Source of the DNA: Xanthomonas campestris pv. campestris str. ATCC 33913
GTDB taxonomy: Bacteria > Pseudomonadota > Gammaproteobacteria > Xanthomonadales > Xanthomonadaceae
Length of the DNA: 32,000 nt
Direction: 5' to 3'
Assembly (NCBI RefSeq): GCF_000007145.1
Contig: NC_003902.1
Coordinates: 370,325 to 402,324 of the forward strand
The position numbers and the translations under genes are program-made. This document shows positions 9,435-17,843 of the stretch, in pieces; the first letter of the stretch is position 1, and each line of letters opens with the position of its first letter. The notes below the pieces were generated by a model. It ran no database searches. It was not told where the DNA came from and saw only the letters and a program-made list of their open reading frames with translations.

Positions 9435-9456
9435 ACGTTGCGCCGCGGCGCAACGT
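9435..9456. promoter_or_regulatory. perfect 22-bp palindrome upstream of purU (candidate operator)
   Basis: ACGTTGCGCCGCGGCGCAACGT is fully self-complementary and lies 60 nt upstream of the purU ATG. It is followed by AAAA rather than a T-run, so it is not terminator-like in the + direction. Confidence 0.3.
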
Positions 9457-9515
9457 AAAAGTTACCGACGCAAGCACTGCGCCAGCGGTGTCATCCATTG
9501 GCTATCATCTCGCCG

Positions 9516-10367
9516 ATGCGCTCTGACTACATCCTCACCCTGTCCTGCCCCGACCGTACCGGCATCGTCTATCGCGTGACCGGTCTGTTGTTCGATCTTG
9601 CCTGCAATATTCTCGACGCCCAGCAATTTGGCGACGACGAGAGCGGGCGGTTTTTCCTGCGCGTGCATTTCGACAAGCCGCCGCGAACTGACATCGCGCA
9701 GCTGGAGCAACAGTTCTCACAGCTGGCCGCCGGTTTTGAAATGACCTGGCAGCTGCACGATGCGCGCCGCCGCGCGCGGCTGCTGGTGCTGGTGAGCAAG
9801 CAGGGCCACTGCCTCAACGATCTGCTGTTCCGCATGCATAGCCGGCAGTTGCCGGTGGATATCGTGGCGGTGGTCTCCAACCACACCGACTTCGCACCGC
9901 TGGCGGCGTCCTACGGCATCGCCTTCCACCACCTGCCGGTGAGCGCAGACACGCGCGCCGAACAGGAAACGCAGCTGCTCGCGCTGGTCGAGCGCCTGCA
10001 GGTGGACCTGGTAGTGCTGGCGCGCTACATGCAGATCCTTTCGCCTGCACTGTGCCGCGCATTGGCCGGGCGTGCGATCAACATCCACCACAGCTTCCTG
10101 CCCAGTTTCAAGGGCGCCCAGCCGTATCACCAGGCGCACGCGCGCGGGGTCAAGATCATCGGCGCCACCGCGCACTACGTCACCGAAGACCTGGACGAAG
10201 GCCCGATCATCGAACAGGACGTCGCCCGCGTGGACCACGCCATGACCCCGCGCGACCTGGTGCGCCTGGGCAGCGACACCGAATCGCTGGTGCTGGCACG
10301 CGCGGTACGCCGCCATGTCGAACACCGCATCGTGCTCAACGGGCACCGTACGGTGGTGTTTCGCTAG
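9516..10367 (+). CDS. purU: formyltetrahydrofolate deformylase
   Basis: N-terminal ACT domain (YILTLSCPDRTGIVYRVTGLLFDLACNILDAQQF) plus a formyltransferase core (NIHHSFLPSFKGAQPYHQA, GATAHYVTEDLDEGPII). ATG 9516 is preferred over TTG 9498. Confidence 0.92.
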   Translation: MRSDYILTLSCPDRTGIVYRVTGLLFDLACNILDAQQFGDDESGRFFLRVHFDKPPRTDIAQLEQQFSQLAAGFEMTWQLHDARRRARLLVLVSKQGHCLNDLLFRMHSRQLPVDIVAVVSNHTDFAPLAASYGIAFHHLPVSADTRAEQETQLLALVERLQVDLVVLARYMQILSPALCRALAGRAINIHHSFLPSFKGAQPYHQAHARGVKIIGATAHYVTEDLDEGPIIEQDVARVDHAMTPRDLVRLGSDTESLVLARAVRRHVEHRIVLNGHRTVVFR

Positions 10368-10388
10368 CGGAGCGCTGCAAGCTCGCAA

Positions 10389-10416
10389 CTGCAGCTGTCT
10401 CTCACCGCAGCTGCAG
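10389..10416. terminator. hairpin between convergent purU and the AraC-family gene
   Basis: CTGCAGCTG (10389-10397) and CAGCTGCAG (10408-10416) form a 9-bp stem with a 10-nt loop. Confidence 0.35.
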
Positions 10417-10457
10417 GCGCGTCACCGCGCGCGCGGGCCTGTCGGCATTGGGTGCCG

Positions 10458-11375
10458 TTACACAGCGTCTAACGAGGTTGCAGTGCGCACGCGGGCGTAC
10501 TGCGATGGTGGGCTGCCAGTGTGGCGAGTGAAGGCAACGCTGAAACTGCTGGCCGAGCCGTACCCCACCCGCTGCGCCGCCTGCGCCACGCCAAGCCCCT
10601 GTTCTGACAGCAGCGTCTTTGCCAGCGCCATGCGCCATGCCAGCAGATACTCCATCGGCGTCACACCCATCGCACGGTTGAAGCGCGCAAAGAACGATGA
10701 CCTCGACAGCGCCGCTTCCTTGGCCAATGCGTCGATCGTCCAGGCATGCGCCGGTGCGCCGTGCATGGCGCGCAGCGCCGCCGCCAGGCGTGCATCGGAT
10801 AACGCCCGCACCAGTCCTGGAGTGGTGTCGCTCGCCGTCAGCGAGCGTAATGCTTCGATCAACAGCACTTCCAACAGTCGTGCAAGCACCACCGCACGGG
10901 CGGGTCGGTTTGTGCGCGCCTCCTCACCAACCAGATTCACCAGCGTGGTGAGCCGCAGCTCACCGCGCACATGCACCAACCGTGGCAGCAGCGACACCAG
11001 CAGCGCCGCATCCGGCGAGCCGAAGCTGCAATGCCCAATCACGATGCGAACATCCGCCGGGCCGTCCTGCGCGCCGATGCGGAAACTGCCATCGTCCGCC
11101 TGGGTCGGCACGGTGTGGGCTTGCCCGGTCGACGCCTGCGCGCTGGAGAGCGTGACAGCAAGCATGGCGGGTGCCAGCACAAAGTCGCCTGCTTCCAGCA
11201 CATGCGCCTGGCCACCTTCAAGCGCCAGCCGGCACTTTCCCTCGATCACCGCGCAGTAAAACGGGCCGGGCGCATCGGAGCGGTACGCCGACCACACACC
11301 AGCGCCAAGGACAAGTTTGGAGAACCCTGGTGCCGGCCTCAGCAGCAGGACGACCTCAGCAAGCGGGTCGAGCAT
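10458..11375 (-). CDS. AraC-family transcriptional regulator (N-terminal cupin, C-terminal HTH)
   Basis: The C-terminus WTIDALAKEAALSRSSFFARFNRAMGVTPMEYLLAWRMALAKTLL...GYGSASSFSVAFTRHTGSPPSQY is a classic AraC double HTH. The N-terminus is cupin-like (GDFVLAP). Confidence 0.9.
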   Translation of the reverse strand: MLDPLAEVVLLLRPAPGFSKLVLGAGVWSAYRSDAPGPFYCAVIEGKCRLALEGGQAHVLEAGDFVLAPAMLAVTLSSAQASTGQAHTVPTQADDGSFRIGAQDGPADVRIVIGHCSFGSPDAALLVSLLPRLVHVRGELRLTTLVNLVGEEARTNRPARAVVLARLLEVLLIEALRSLTASDTTPGLVRALSDARLAAALRAMHGAPAHAWTIDALAKEAALSRSSFFARFNRAMGVTPMEYLLAWRMALAKTLLSEQGLGVAQAAQRVGYGSASSFSVAFTRHTGSPPSQYARVRTATSLDAV

Positions 11376-11471
11376 ATTGGACTCTCGCTAATGGATTAAG
11401 CACTCTGGAATATCGAAAGTGCGACCTGGGCAGCCTAACGTAGATCCTCACACCGTCACCGAGGGCGCTTC

Positions 11472-12230
11472 ATGCAAACCGTACTCATCACCGGCTGTTC
11501 GTCGGGCTTTGGCCTGGCAACCGCACATTACTTTCTCGAACGCGACTGGAACGTGGTTGCCACCATGCGCACTCCACGTGAGGACCTGTTTCCTGTATCG
11601 CCAAGGTTGAAGGTGCTGCAGCTCGACGTCACCGACGCCGCGAGCATCCAGGCCGCGATTGCTGCGGCCGGCACGGTGGACACGCTCGTCAATAACGCAG
11701 GCTTCGGTGCGCCCGCACCGCTGGAACTGACAAGCCTGCAGGCGGTACGCGACCTGTTCGAAACCAACACCTTCGGCACGCTGGCTGTTACGCAGGCGGT
11801 CTTGCCGCAGATGCGCGCGCGCCGCGCCGGGGTCATCGTCAATGTGTCGTCGAGCGCAACGCTCAAGCCACTTCCGCTGATCGGCGCCTACCGTGCGGCG
11901 AAGGCGGCGGTGAATGCGCTGAGCGAATCGCTGGCCGCCGAGCTGGAGGCGTTCGGTATCCGCGTGCGGGTTATCTCGCCAGGCTCCTGCGGTGAGACGG
12001 ACTTTCGTGCCACCGCCCGCGCGGGTCTACGCGGCGCTGATGACGAGATCTATGGTGCGTTTATGCAACAGACGCTGGCGCGCATGAGCGCATCTACCGG
12101 CCCAGGGACGCGGTCGATCGACGTCGCGCAGGCCGTCTGGCGCGCAGCCACCGACCCGGCTGCGCCGATGTTTATTCCTGCAGGCGCAGATGCAGAACTG
12201 TGGGCTGCCGAAGCTGCCGAGCGTGGCTAA
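11472..12230 (+). CDS. short-chain dehydrogenase/reductase (SDR)
   Basis: VLITGCSSGFG (TGxxxGxG), NNAG, and the S...YxxxK triad (SSSA...YRAAKAA). It is divergent from the AraC regulator. Confidence 0.9.
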   Translation: MQTVLITGCSSGFGLATAHYFLERDWNVVATMRTPREDLFPVSPRLKVLQLDVTDAASIQAAIAAAGTVDTLVNNAGFGAPAPLELTSLQAVRDLFETNTFGTLAVTQAVLPQMRARRAGVIVNVSSSATLKPLPLIGAYRAAKAAVNALSESLAAELEAFGIRVRVISPGSCGETDFRATARAGLRGADDEIYGAFMQQTLARMSASTGPGTRSIDVAQAVWRAATDPAAPMFIPAGADAELWAAEAAERG

Positions 12231-12527
12231 TAAATCTCTTGTACGTCATGCGAAAACCAAACGCTGAGTCGGCCTAGCGCGGTGCCTAACTGATCGCGCG
12301 ACACGCCATGAATCCAGCTGTGGAGGCTCGGTGGCGGCATCCATGCAACCACGTGGTCCCGCAAGCGTGAGGGCGCCGCACCAAAAAGGAGTCCGCAGCT
12401 AGGTCACAGCGGGCCATCGCGCTAGTTACATTGGCCTGCCGATGTGCGTCACAACTACACGAGAGCCAGCGAATCAGAAGAACGGCGTGCGCTTCTAGCA
12501 CCATGTGCACCGACACCCTCGACTGGT

Positions 12528-12629
12528 CCTTGCCCGCTCACCGTCGCGGGACCTTACGCGGCATGGATGCCGCGTAAGAGCTTACAAGGACGTACTTGCA
12601 GCGTGTCCCGCGACGGTGAGCGGGCAAGG
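12528..12629. repeat. 102-bp nested palindrome (24-bp perfect outer inverted repeat enclosing two inner hairpins)
   Basis: CCTTGCCCGCTCACCGTCGCGGGA (12528-12551) is the exact reverse complement of 12606-12629. Inside are CTTACGCGGCAT/ATGCCGCGTAAG (12553-12564 / 12567-12578) and CAAG..CTTG (12585-12598). The element sits in an AT-richer 615-bp non-coding gap. Confidence 0.7.
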
Positions 12630-12790
12630 GCCCTCCAGCAAACCCGCAGATCATTCGCTCAAAAAACCAACCAATCCACACCGTTCAATCACCTCTCAAG
12701 GCAATCAAGAGCCGAGAACGCAAGCGTTGTATTAGCAGTGCTTGAGCAAGAGCACTGCCTGCAAGTAAAACGCTAGGTGGTCCCACGCAT

Positions 12791-12824
12791 GCTGCGATGG
12801 CCGACACAAACGCCGGCCATCGCA
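12791..12824 (-). terminator. hairpin 22 nt downstream of the hydrolase gene stop
   Basis: CTGCGATGGCCG (12791-12802) and CGGCCATCGCAG (12813-12824) form a perfect 12-bp stem with a 10-nt loop. Confidence 0.45.
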
Positions 12825-12845
12825 GTGCACACCGCTAAGCCCGCA

Positions 12846-14813
12846 TCACTTCGCCGCGTTGGCGTTCATCACCGCGTTGCGGCTGGCGTCCAGGTATTGC
12901 GCCGGGTCGCGCATGCCGGTGGTGTGGCATTGCCCGGTGGTGTGGCCCCGGTTTACGCCGCCCGGCAGCTGCGCATTGGCCTGCTCCACGGTGCCGTCTT
13001 CGGGGTCGTTCAAGACCAGGTCCGAGGCGGCGTTGCAGTAGTCGTTGGTGTACCAGTTGGTCTTGGCGAACGAGGTCGTGTAGTAGTTGACCTTGGCGCG
13101 CGCATCGGCGGGAATGCCGGCCAGCCAGGCCTTGGCGCCGTCGTAGGTGAGGTCGGTGTTGCTGCCGCACCCAACGCCGAACCACGAACCCACTGCAGCC
13201 AGAATGCCGGACAGGTTGGTGCCCTGGTACGGCGTGCCTACCGACTGCATCACGCGCCCACCGGTGGCGTTATCCAGCCCGCTCCAGTAGTAGGTGTACA
13301 GATGCAGCGCGGCCATGCCGCCCTGGCTGTGCGCCACCGTGGCGAACGAGGACCACTGGCTGGCGAACTGCGCCAAACGCTGTGCGAATTGATCGTTGCT
13401 GCGGTTCTGCTTGGCATCGATAAACGACGAGGCGTTGCTGAACTGCGCTTCCGGCCACACGCCGTTGGAGCAGTACCCATGCACCAGCACCAGCCGCGAT
13501 CCGGCCGCCTGCGGTTGCGCCAGTGCACTGGCAGTGGCCAGCGTGCGTGGGCGCGGCCCCATGCGCATGCTTTCATCGATGCCGGCCGTGGCGCGCGCAA
13601 TACTCGCCCGGCGCAGTGCAGGCAGCTGCAGCTGCAGCGGCAGCGGCAGCGTGTCGGCCTGTGCCAACGGGATGTAATGGTCCGGGTCTTCGATGCGCAG
13701 GCCGCGCAGCGTGAACGGTGCACGCGCACCGGCACGCGCCACCCAGCGCTCGTCCAGGCTCAACGGCAGCTGGCCTTGCTGCGGTGTGAGCATGCCGCCG
13801 ATCCAGGCCACCGGAATCTGCTTGCCCTTGGCGTCGGTGCCCCACACCTGACCGAACACGCGGTAATGCGTGGGCGCCTGCCCGCGTGCGGCGATCGGCA
13901 GCCCGATACTCAGGCGCGTGCCGTCCGCCGCGCGTGCGCTGAGCGCGTTGCCGAGTAGACGCACAGAGGTGTCCAGCACGGGTAATACGTGCTCGCTGGT
14001 ACGCACGAACGGCTGCCCGGCCTGGTCGCGGCCATGCACGATCACCTGTGCGATCCAGGTGCCGGCACTGGTCGGCTGAAAGCTGCCGCCATACACGCCA
14101 TCGCCGGCAGCGCCGTCGTCGTGCTTGCCGTCATCGGCCATCGCAAACGTGCGCGCCGTGCCCTGTGGATCGAGCACGCGCAGGCTGGCCTGATCGATCT
14201 GCCCGGCCTGGCCAGCCAATAAGCCCGCGCCTTGTGCATCGCTGCCGCTGAGCAGCGCATTGAGCGTCAGCGACTGGCCCACCTGCTGGTGGCGATGCCG
14301 TGGATAGGAGGCCAGCTGCGTGCGCGGGTCGCCTTCCATCAACACATAGCCACGTTGCGCCGTGGGCGAGGCCGACTGCAGCGTCAGCGACCACACACCG
14401 TTCTGCGCAGCGTCCACTGCATAGCGCATGCCGCTGGTGCCGCTGTCGGCACTGCCGAGCCGTGTGCGTTGTGCTTGCAGTTGCGGCGCTGCTGCGGCGC
14501 GCGCGCCGGCAACGCGCGGTGCGGCCACGGCCGCGTCCCACTGCTGGTCACCGGCCAGCACCATGAAACGCAGGTGGCCGTTTTCCACCGGCAGGCTGCC
14601 CTGCCAGCGTGCACTGGCACCGGCCGGTGCGAGCTCCACCGGCAGTAATGCGCTTTTCGAAAGGATGGCTGATTCCGCCGGTTCGGGTGCGCGCATCTGC
14701 GCGAACTCTTCTGGCGGGCCGGCCAATTGTTTGGGCTGTAGCTCGGCCGCGCCCAGGGGCGCGGCGATGAGCGAGAGGGCGCACGACAACGACAACAGCG
14801 ACGGCGTATGCAT
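12846..14813 (-). CDS. secreted two-domain protein: N-terminal beta-rich domain plus C-terminal alpha/beta-hydrolase (lipase/esterase-like)
   Basis: Start at ATG 14813 gives MHTPSLLSLSCALSLIAAPLGAAE (signal peptide). The C-terminal part has LVLVHGYCS and the nucleophile elbow AHSQGG (GxSxG type). The middle part has DDGKHDDGAAGDGVYGGSF, a motif I associate with choice-of-anchor/Ig-like surface domains. Confidence 0.7.
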   Translation of the reverse strand: MHTPSLLSLSCALSLIAAPLGAAELQPKQLAGPPEEFAQMRAPEPAESAILSKSALLPVELAPAGASARWQGSLPVENGHLRFMVLAGDQQWDAAVAAPRVAGARAAAAPQLQAQRTRLGSADSGTSGMRYAVDAAQNGVWSLTLQSASPTAQRGYVLMEGDPRTQLASYPRHRHQQVGQSLTLNALLSGSDAQGAGLLAGQAGQIDQASLRVLDPQGTARTFAMADDGKHDDGAAGDGVYGGSFQPTSAGTWIAQVIVHGRDQAGQPFVRTSEHVLPVLDTSVRLLGNALSARAADGTRLSIGLPIAARGQAPTHYRVFGQVWGTDAKGKQIPVAWIGGMLTPQQGQLPLSLDERWVARAGARAPFTLRGLRIEDPDHYIPLAQADTLPLPLQLQLPALRRASIARATAGIDESMRMGPRPRTLATASALAQPQAAGSRLVLVHGYCSNGVWPEAQFSNASSFIDAKQNRSNDQFAQRLAQFASQWSSFATVAHSQGGMAALHLYTYYWSGLDNATGGRVMQSVGTPYQGTNLSGILAAVGSWFGVGCGSNTDLTYDGAKAWLAGIPADARAKVNYYTTSFAKTNWYTNDYCNAASDLVLNDPEDGTVEQANAQLPGGVNRGHTTGQCHTTGMRDPAQYLDASRNAVMNANAAK

Positions 14814-15089
14814 GGCAACAGCGCTCCTTGGAGTTGCAAAGTGATGCACTGCGATCGAACACAGCGGCACCGGATGCAGCGCCCCCTCGCTGCGATTCGC
14901 AGTCGGTTATACCCCGCATGCATGACAGTGCCGCTGTGCGCTGCAACACCTCACGCGCAACAAACAACCCTGCAGAAATAAATAGTACAGAGTGTGATCC
15001 AGGTCGTGGACCTGCCGATTCTTCGCACCTGCAGGCCGCAGAAAACCAGAGGTCTGCGGTTGATGGCGAACCCCGAAACTTGGCGGGTG

Positions 15090-15962
15090 TCAGTCCGCCA
15101 ATGGACGCGCGTGGCGGGAGCGGTACTGCTCAACCCACGCGACAGACTGTGCGATGCCGCCGAATGGATAGAAGTGCAGGCTGACGTCTCCATGCGCTTC
15201 GCTGAGGCCGGCGGTGAGGCGATCCACAAAGCGATCCGGCCCCGCAGTCCCGAACAGCTTGCCGAGCGAGATGCCGTACTTGGAGAGCATCGATGCACAT
15301 GCGCCAACACCGCACCGTGCGGCATAGCGTGCGAGCACTGCGACGCCCGCAGGACCCGGCACGCCCACATGCACGGGATGGGCAATGCCACGCGCGCGCA
15401 GCGCCTCCAACCACGTCAGCACAGTGTCGGCATCGAACGCGAATTGGGTGACGATCAGCGGCGCCATGCCGCGCTCGGCAATGCTGCGGCACTTGCGTTC
15501 AAGCACATCCCACTGCGCGCTTGCAGGCATGCTCGGATGGCCTTCCGGATGTCCGGCCACGCCGATGGCCTTGATGCCCGAGCGCTCAAACACGCCTGTC
15601 TCGATCAGCGACACGCTATCGGAAAACGGCCCAACCGCAGACGGCGCATCACCCGCGATCACCAGGCAACGTTCAACGCCGGCCTCATCGACGGCGCGCC
15701 TGACGAACGCCTGTAGCGCGTAGCGCGAGGCGATGCGCCGCGCAGACAGGTGCGGCATAGGCGCGAAGCCGAGGGCGCGCACCCTCTGTGCGGCGGCCAG
15801 TCGCGCATCGTCGTTCTGGCTGGGCAGGTAGGGAATGAACATGCTTGAGCCGCGCATGATCTGCGGCGCTGCTGCAGTCAGCGCCGGCATGTCGTGTGCG
15901 CCGACCTCCAATGAATAAGCATCGGTGATGGTGGCGGCGCGGCTGGGGGGATCCGGGGACAT
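15090..15962 (-). CDS. methylenetetrahydrofolate reductase family protein (MetF-like paralogue)
   Basis: Start at ATG 15962 (MSPDPPSR...). VGAHD...IPYLP, VIAGD, GVAGHPEGHP and LIVTQFAFD resemble PF02219-type MTHFR motifs. The N-terminal 107 codons of ORF 15090..16283 overlap metR and are spurious. Confidence 0.7.
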   Translation of the reverse strand: MSPDPPSRAATITDAYSLEVGAHDMPALTAAAPQIMRGSSMFIPYLPSQNDDARLAAAQRVRALGFAPMPHLSARRIASRYALQAFVRRAVDEAGVERCLVIAGDAPSAVGPFSDSVSLIETGVFERSGIKAIGVAGHPEGHPSMPASAQWDVLERKCRSIAERGMAPLIVTQFAFDADTVLTWLEALRARGIAHPVHVGVPGPAGVAVLARYAARCGVGACASMLSKYGISLGKLFGTAGPDRFVDRLTAGLSEAHGDVSLHFYPFGGIAQSVAWVEQYRSRHARPLAD

Positions 15963-16077
15963 CAACGGCGGCGCCGTCCTGTGGTGATGAGTGGTTGGCT
16001 CGCGCACATCAGCGTTGATCGTGCGGGAGGGCAGCCATGCAACACGCGCGCCTGTGCGGTGGTGTCCGTCGGTGGAG

Positions 16078-16983
16078 TCACGGCGCAGTGCCGCTGCCAT
16101 TGCCAGGCTGGCGTGCCAGTTCGATAAAGGCGCGCAGGTAGTCGATGGCGATATCTGCCTCGCGCGCCCCCAGAAAAATTTGCTTGGCGATGCCACGTGC
16201 ACCCAGCCGAACCGGCACCACGTCCATCCTGGCGGCATATTCCTCCACCAGCCAGCGCGGCATGGCGGCCACACCGCGGCCACTGGCCACCATCTGCATC
16301 ATGATGTCGGTGGTTTCGATAGCTTTGTGGCGCCTGGGCGTGACACCGGCCGGCAGCAGGAACTGGCTATAGATATCCAACCGCTCCAGGTCCACCGGAT
16401 AGCTGATGAGCACCTCGCGTGTCAGCTGCGGCGGCGTGACGTAGGCGGCCGACGCCAGCGCATGACCGCTGGCCACCACAAGCACCTGCTCGTAGTCGAA
16501 CACCGGCTCGAAGCGCAGCCCGGGCTTGTACAGCGGGTCGGGCGTGACCAGCAGATCGATCTCGTAGCCGAACAGGGCACCAATGCCGCCGAACTGGAAC
16601 TTTTGTTTGACGTCCACATCCACATCCGGCCACGTGGCCAGATAGGGCGCCACCAGTTTGAGCAGCCACTGGTAGCAGGGATGGCATTCCATGCCGATGC
16701 GCAGCGCACCGCGTTCGCCCTGCGCGAACTGCCCCAGGCGCTCTTCGGCCAGATCCAGCTGCGGCAGCACCCGGTTGGCCACCGCCAGCAAATACTGGCC
16801 AGCCTGGGTCAGCCGCAAGCTGCGCCCCTCGCGCAGCCAGACATCGGTGCCCAGCTGCTGCTCCAGCTTTTTCATGCTGTGGCTCAGCGCCGACTGGGTC
16901 AGGTTCAACACGCCTGCGGCGGCCGTCAGCGAGCCCTGCTGCTCGACCTGCTGGACGATGGAAAGATGGATGCGCTCAAGCAT
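16078..16983 (-). CDS. metR: LysR-family activator MetR
   Basis: Colinear similarity to E. coli MetR as I recall it: LTQSALSHSMKKLEQQLG, LRIGMECHPCYQWL, FEPVFDYEQVLVV, RLDIYSQFLLPAGV, IMMQMVASGRGVAAMPRW. Confidence 0.8.
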   Translation of the reverse strand: MLERIHLSIVQQVEQQGSLTAAAGVLNLTQSALSHSMKKLEQQLGTDVWLREGRSLRLTQAGQYLLAVANRVLPQLDLAEERLGQFAQGERGALRIGMECHPCYQWLLKLVAPYLATWPDVDVDVKQKFQFGGIGALFGYEIDLLVTPDPLYKPGLRFEPVFDYEQVLVVASGHALASAAYVTPPQLTREVLISYPVDLERLDIYSQFLLPAGVTPRRHKAIETTDIMMQMVASGRGVAAMPRWLVEEYAARMDVVPVRLGARGIAKQIFLGAREADIAIDYLRAFIELARQPGNGSGTAP

Positions 16984-17080
16984 TCAGATGATCCGAATTC
17001 ATGGATTGTTGAAATAACACCATTTTACTTCATCGAATGCGCGCCCTAGCATCGGGGTTCGTCGTTTTAAGGCCATCTGC
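16984..17080. promoter_or_regulatory. AT-rich divergent promoter region between metR and the FMN reductase, with MetR-box-like dyads
   Basis: The minus strand of 16989-17001 reads TGAATTCGGATCA, one mismatch from TGAA-N5-TTCA. TTCATGGATTGTTGAA (16998-17013) is a TTCA-N8-TGAA dyad. This is the most AT-rich stretch in the neighbourhood. Confidence 0.3.
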
Positions 17081-17674
17081 ATGACTGTCAACGTGCCACA
17101 CCCACTCCGCATCGTTGCGGTGTCCGGCGGGATGCAACGCCCCTCCAAGGCGGCCGCTCTGGCCGAGCACCTGCTGGCATTGATCGCCGCGCAGGTGCCG
17201 TGCGAACAGCATCTGGTGGAACTCGGGGCATTGGCACCGCAGTTCGCGGGTGCGCTCTGGCGCTCCCAGCTGTCCGCAACGGTGGAGCAGGAACTGGTCG
17301 CGGTGGAGCAGGCCGATGTGCTGGTGGTGACCACGCCGGTGTATCGCGGCTCCTTCACCGGGTTGTTCAAGCACTTCTTCGACTTCGTCCATCAAGATGC
17401 CTTGATCGACACGCCCGTCCTGTTGGCGGCCACCGGTGGCAGCGAGCGGCATGCGTTGGTGATCGACCACCAGCTGCGGCCGCTCTTCAGTTTTTTCCAG
17501 GCCCGCACGTTGCCGCTGGGCGTCTATGCAACCGACCGGGATTTTCTGGACTACCGCGTGCACAACGAGGCCCTGGCCGAACGCGCCAGGCTAGCGGTGC
17601 AGCGGGCATTGCCGCTGATCGCAGTGACGCGGCAGGCCAGCGCCATCGCAAAAGAAAACGTGGCCGCGGCTTGA
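17081..17674 (+). CDS. NAD(P)H-dependent FMN reductase (SsuE/MsuE-like)
   Basis: LRIVAVSGGMQRPSK, VVTTPVYRGSFTGLFKHFFD and LAATGGSERHALVIDHQLRPLF are flavodoxin-like FMN_red signatures. Confidence 0.85.
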   Translation: MTVNVPHPLRIVAVSGGMQRPSKAAALAEHLLALIAAQVPCEQHLVELGALAPQFAGALWRSQLSATVEQELVAVEQADVLVVTTPVYRGSFTGLFKHFFDFVHQDALIDTPVLLAATGGSERHALVIDHQLRPLFSFFQARTLPLGVYATDRDFLDYRVHNEALAERARLAVQRALPLIAVTRQASAIAKENVAAA

Positions 17675-17843
17675 GGGCCACTTGCCCACGGGCGCCTGGC
17701 TTGCCACCACGCCGCTGGCGGGCCACCGGGTCCGTTGGCGAATTGCTTGCCGGTCCAGCGTCCCTGCCTCCATCCAGCCAGCATCAACCGCTGCGCTGAA
17801 AACTGCGTTCGTATTGATTTCGAGAACAAGGCGTCAGTGTGCA

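Noticed and set aside
12284-12290. Additional GCCTAAC / GTTAGG-like motifs as attC cores: 5207, 11433 and 12284 (GCCTAAC); 20164 and 31860 (GTTAGGA); 20238 and 30053 (GGCTAAC)
   Set aside because: There is no partner core at 55-140 bp and no internal imperfect dyad of the AAGCCGA/TCGGCTT type. The exception is the 30053 element, which is reported separately as uncertain.
12777-13958. 393-aa plus-strand ORF opposite the secreted hydrolase. The same applies to 21735..23081 opposite the porin, 23294..24454 opposite the NmrA-like gene, 15991..17049 opposite metR, and 17784..18818 / 18775..19629 opposite DUF1852/mesD.
   Set aside because: All are antisense shadows of genes with strong family signatures, and none shows motifs, an RBS or a plausible composition.
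17675-17843. SAM or cobalamin riboswitch in front of DUF1852-mesD
   Set aside because: GCCAC strings are present, but I could not assemble any conserved riboswitch core or consistent helices by eye.
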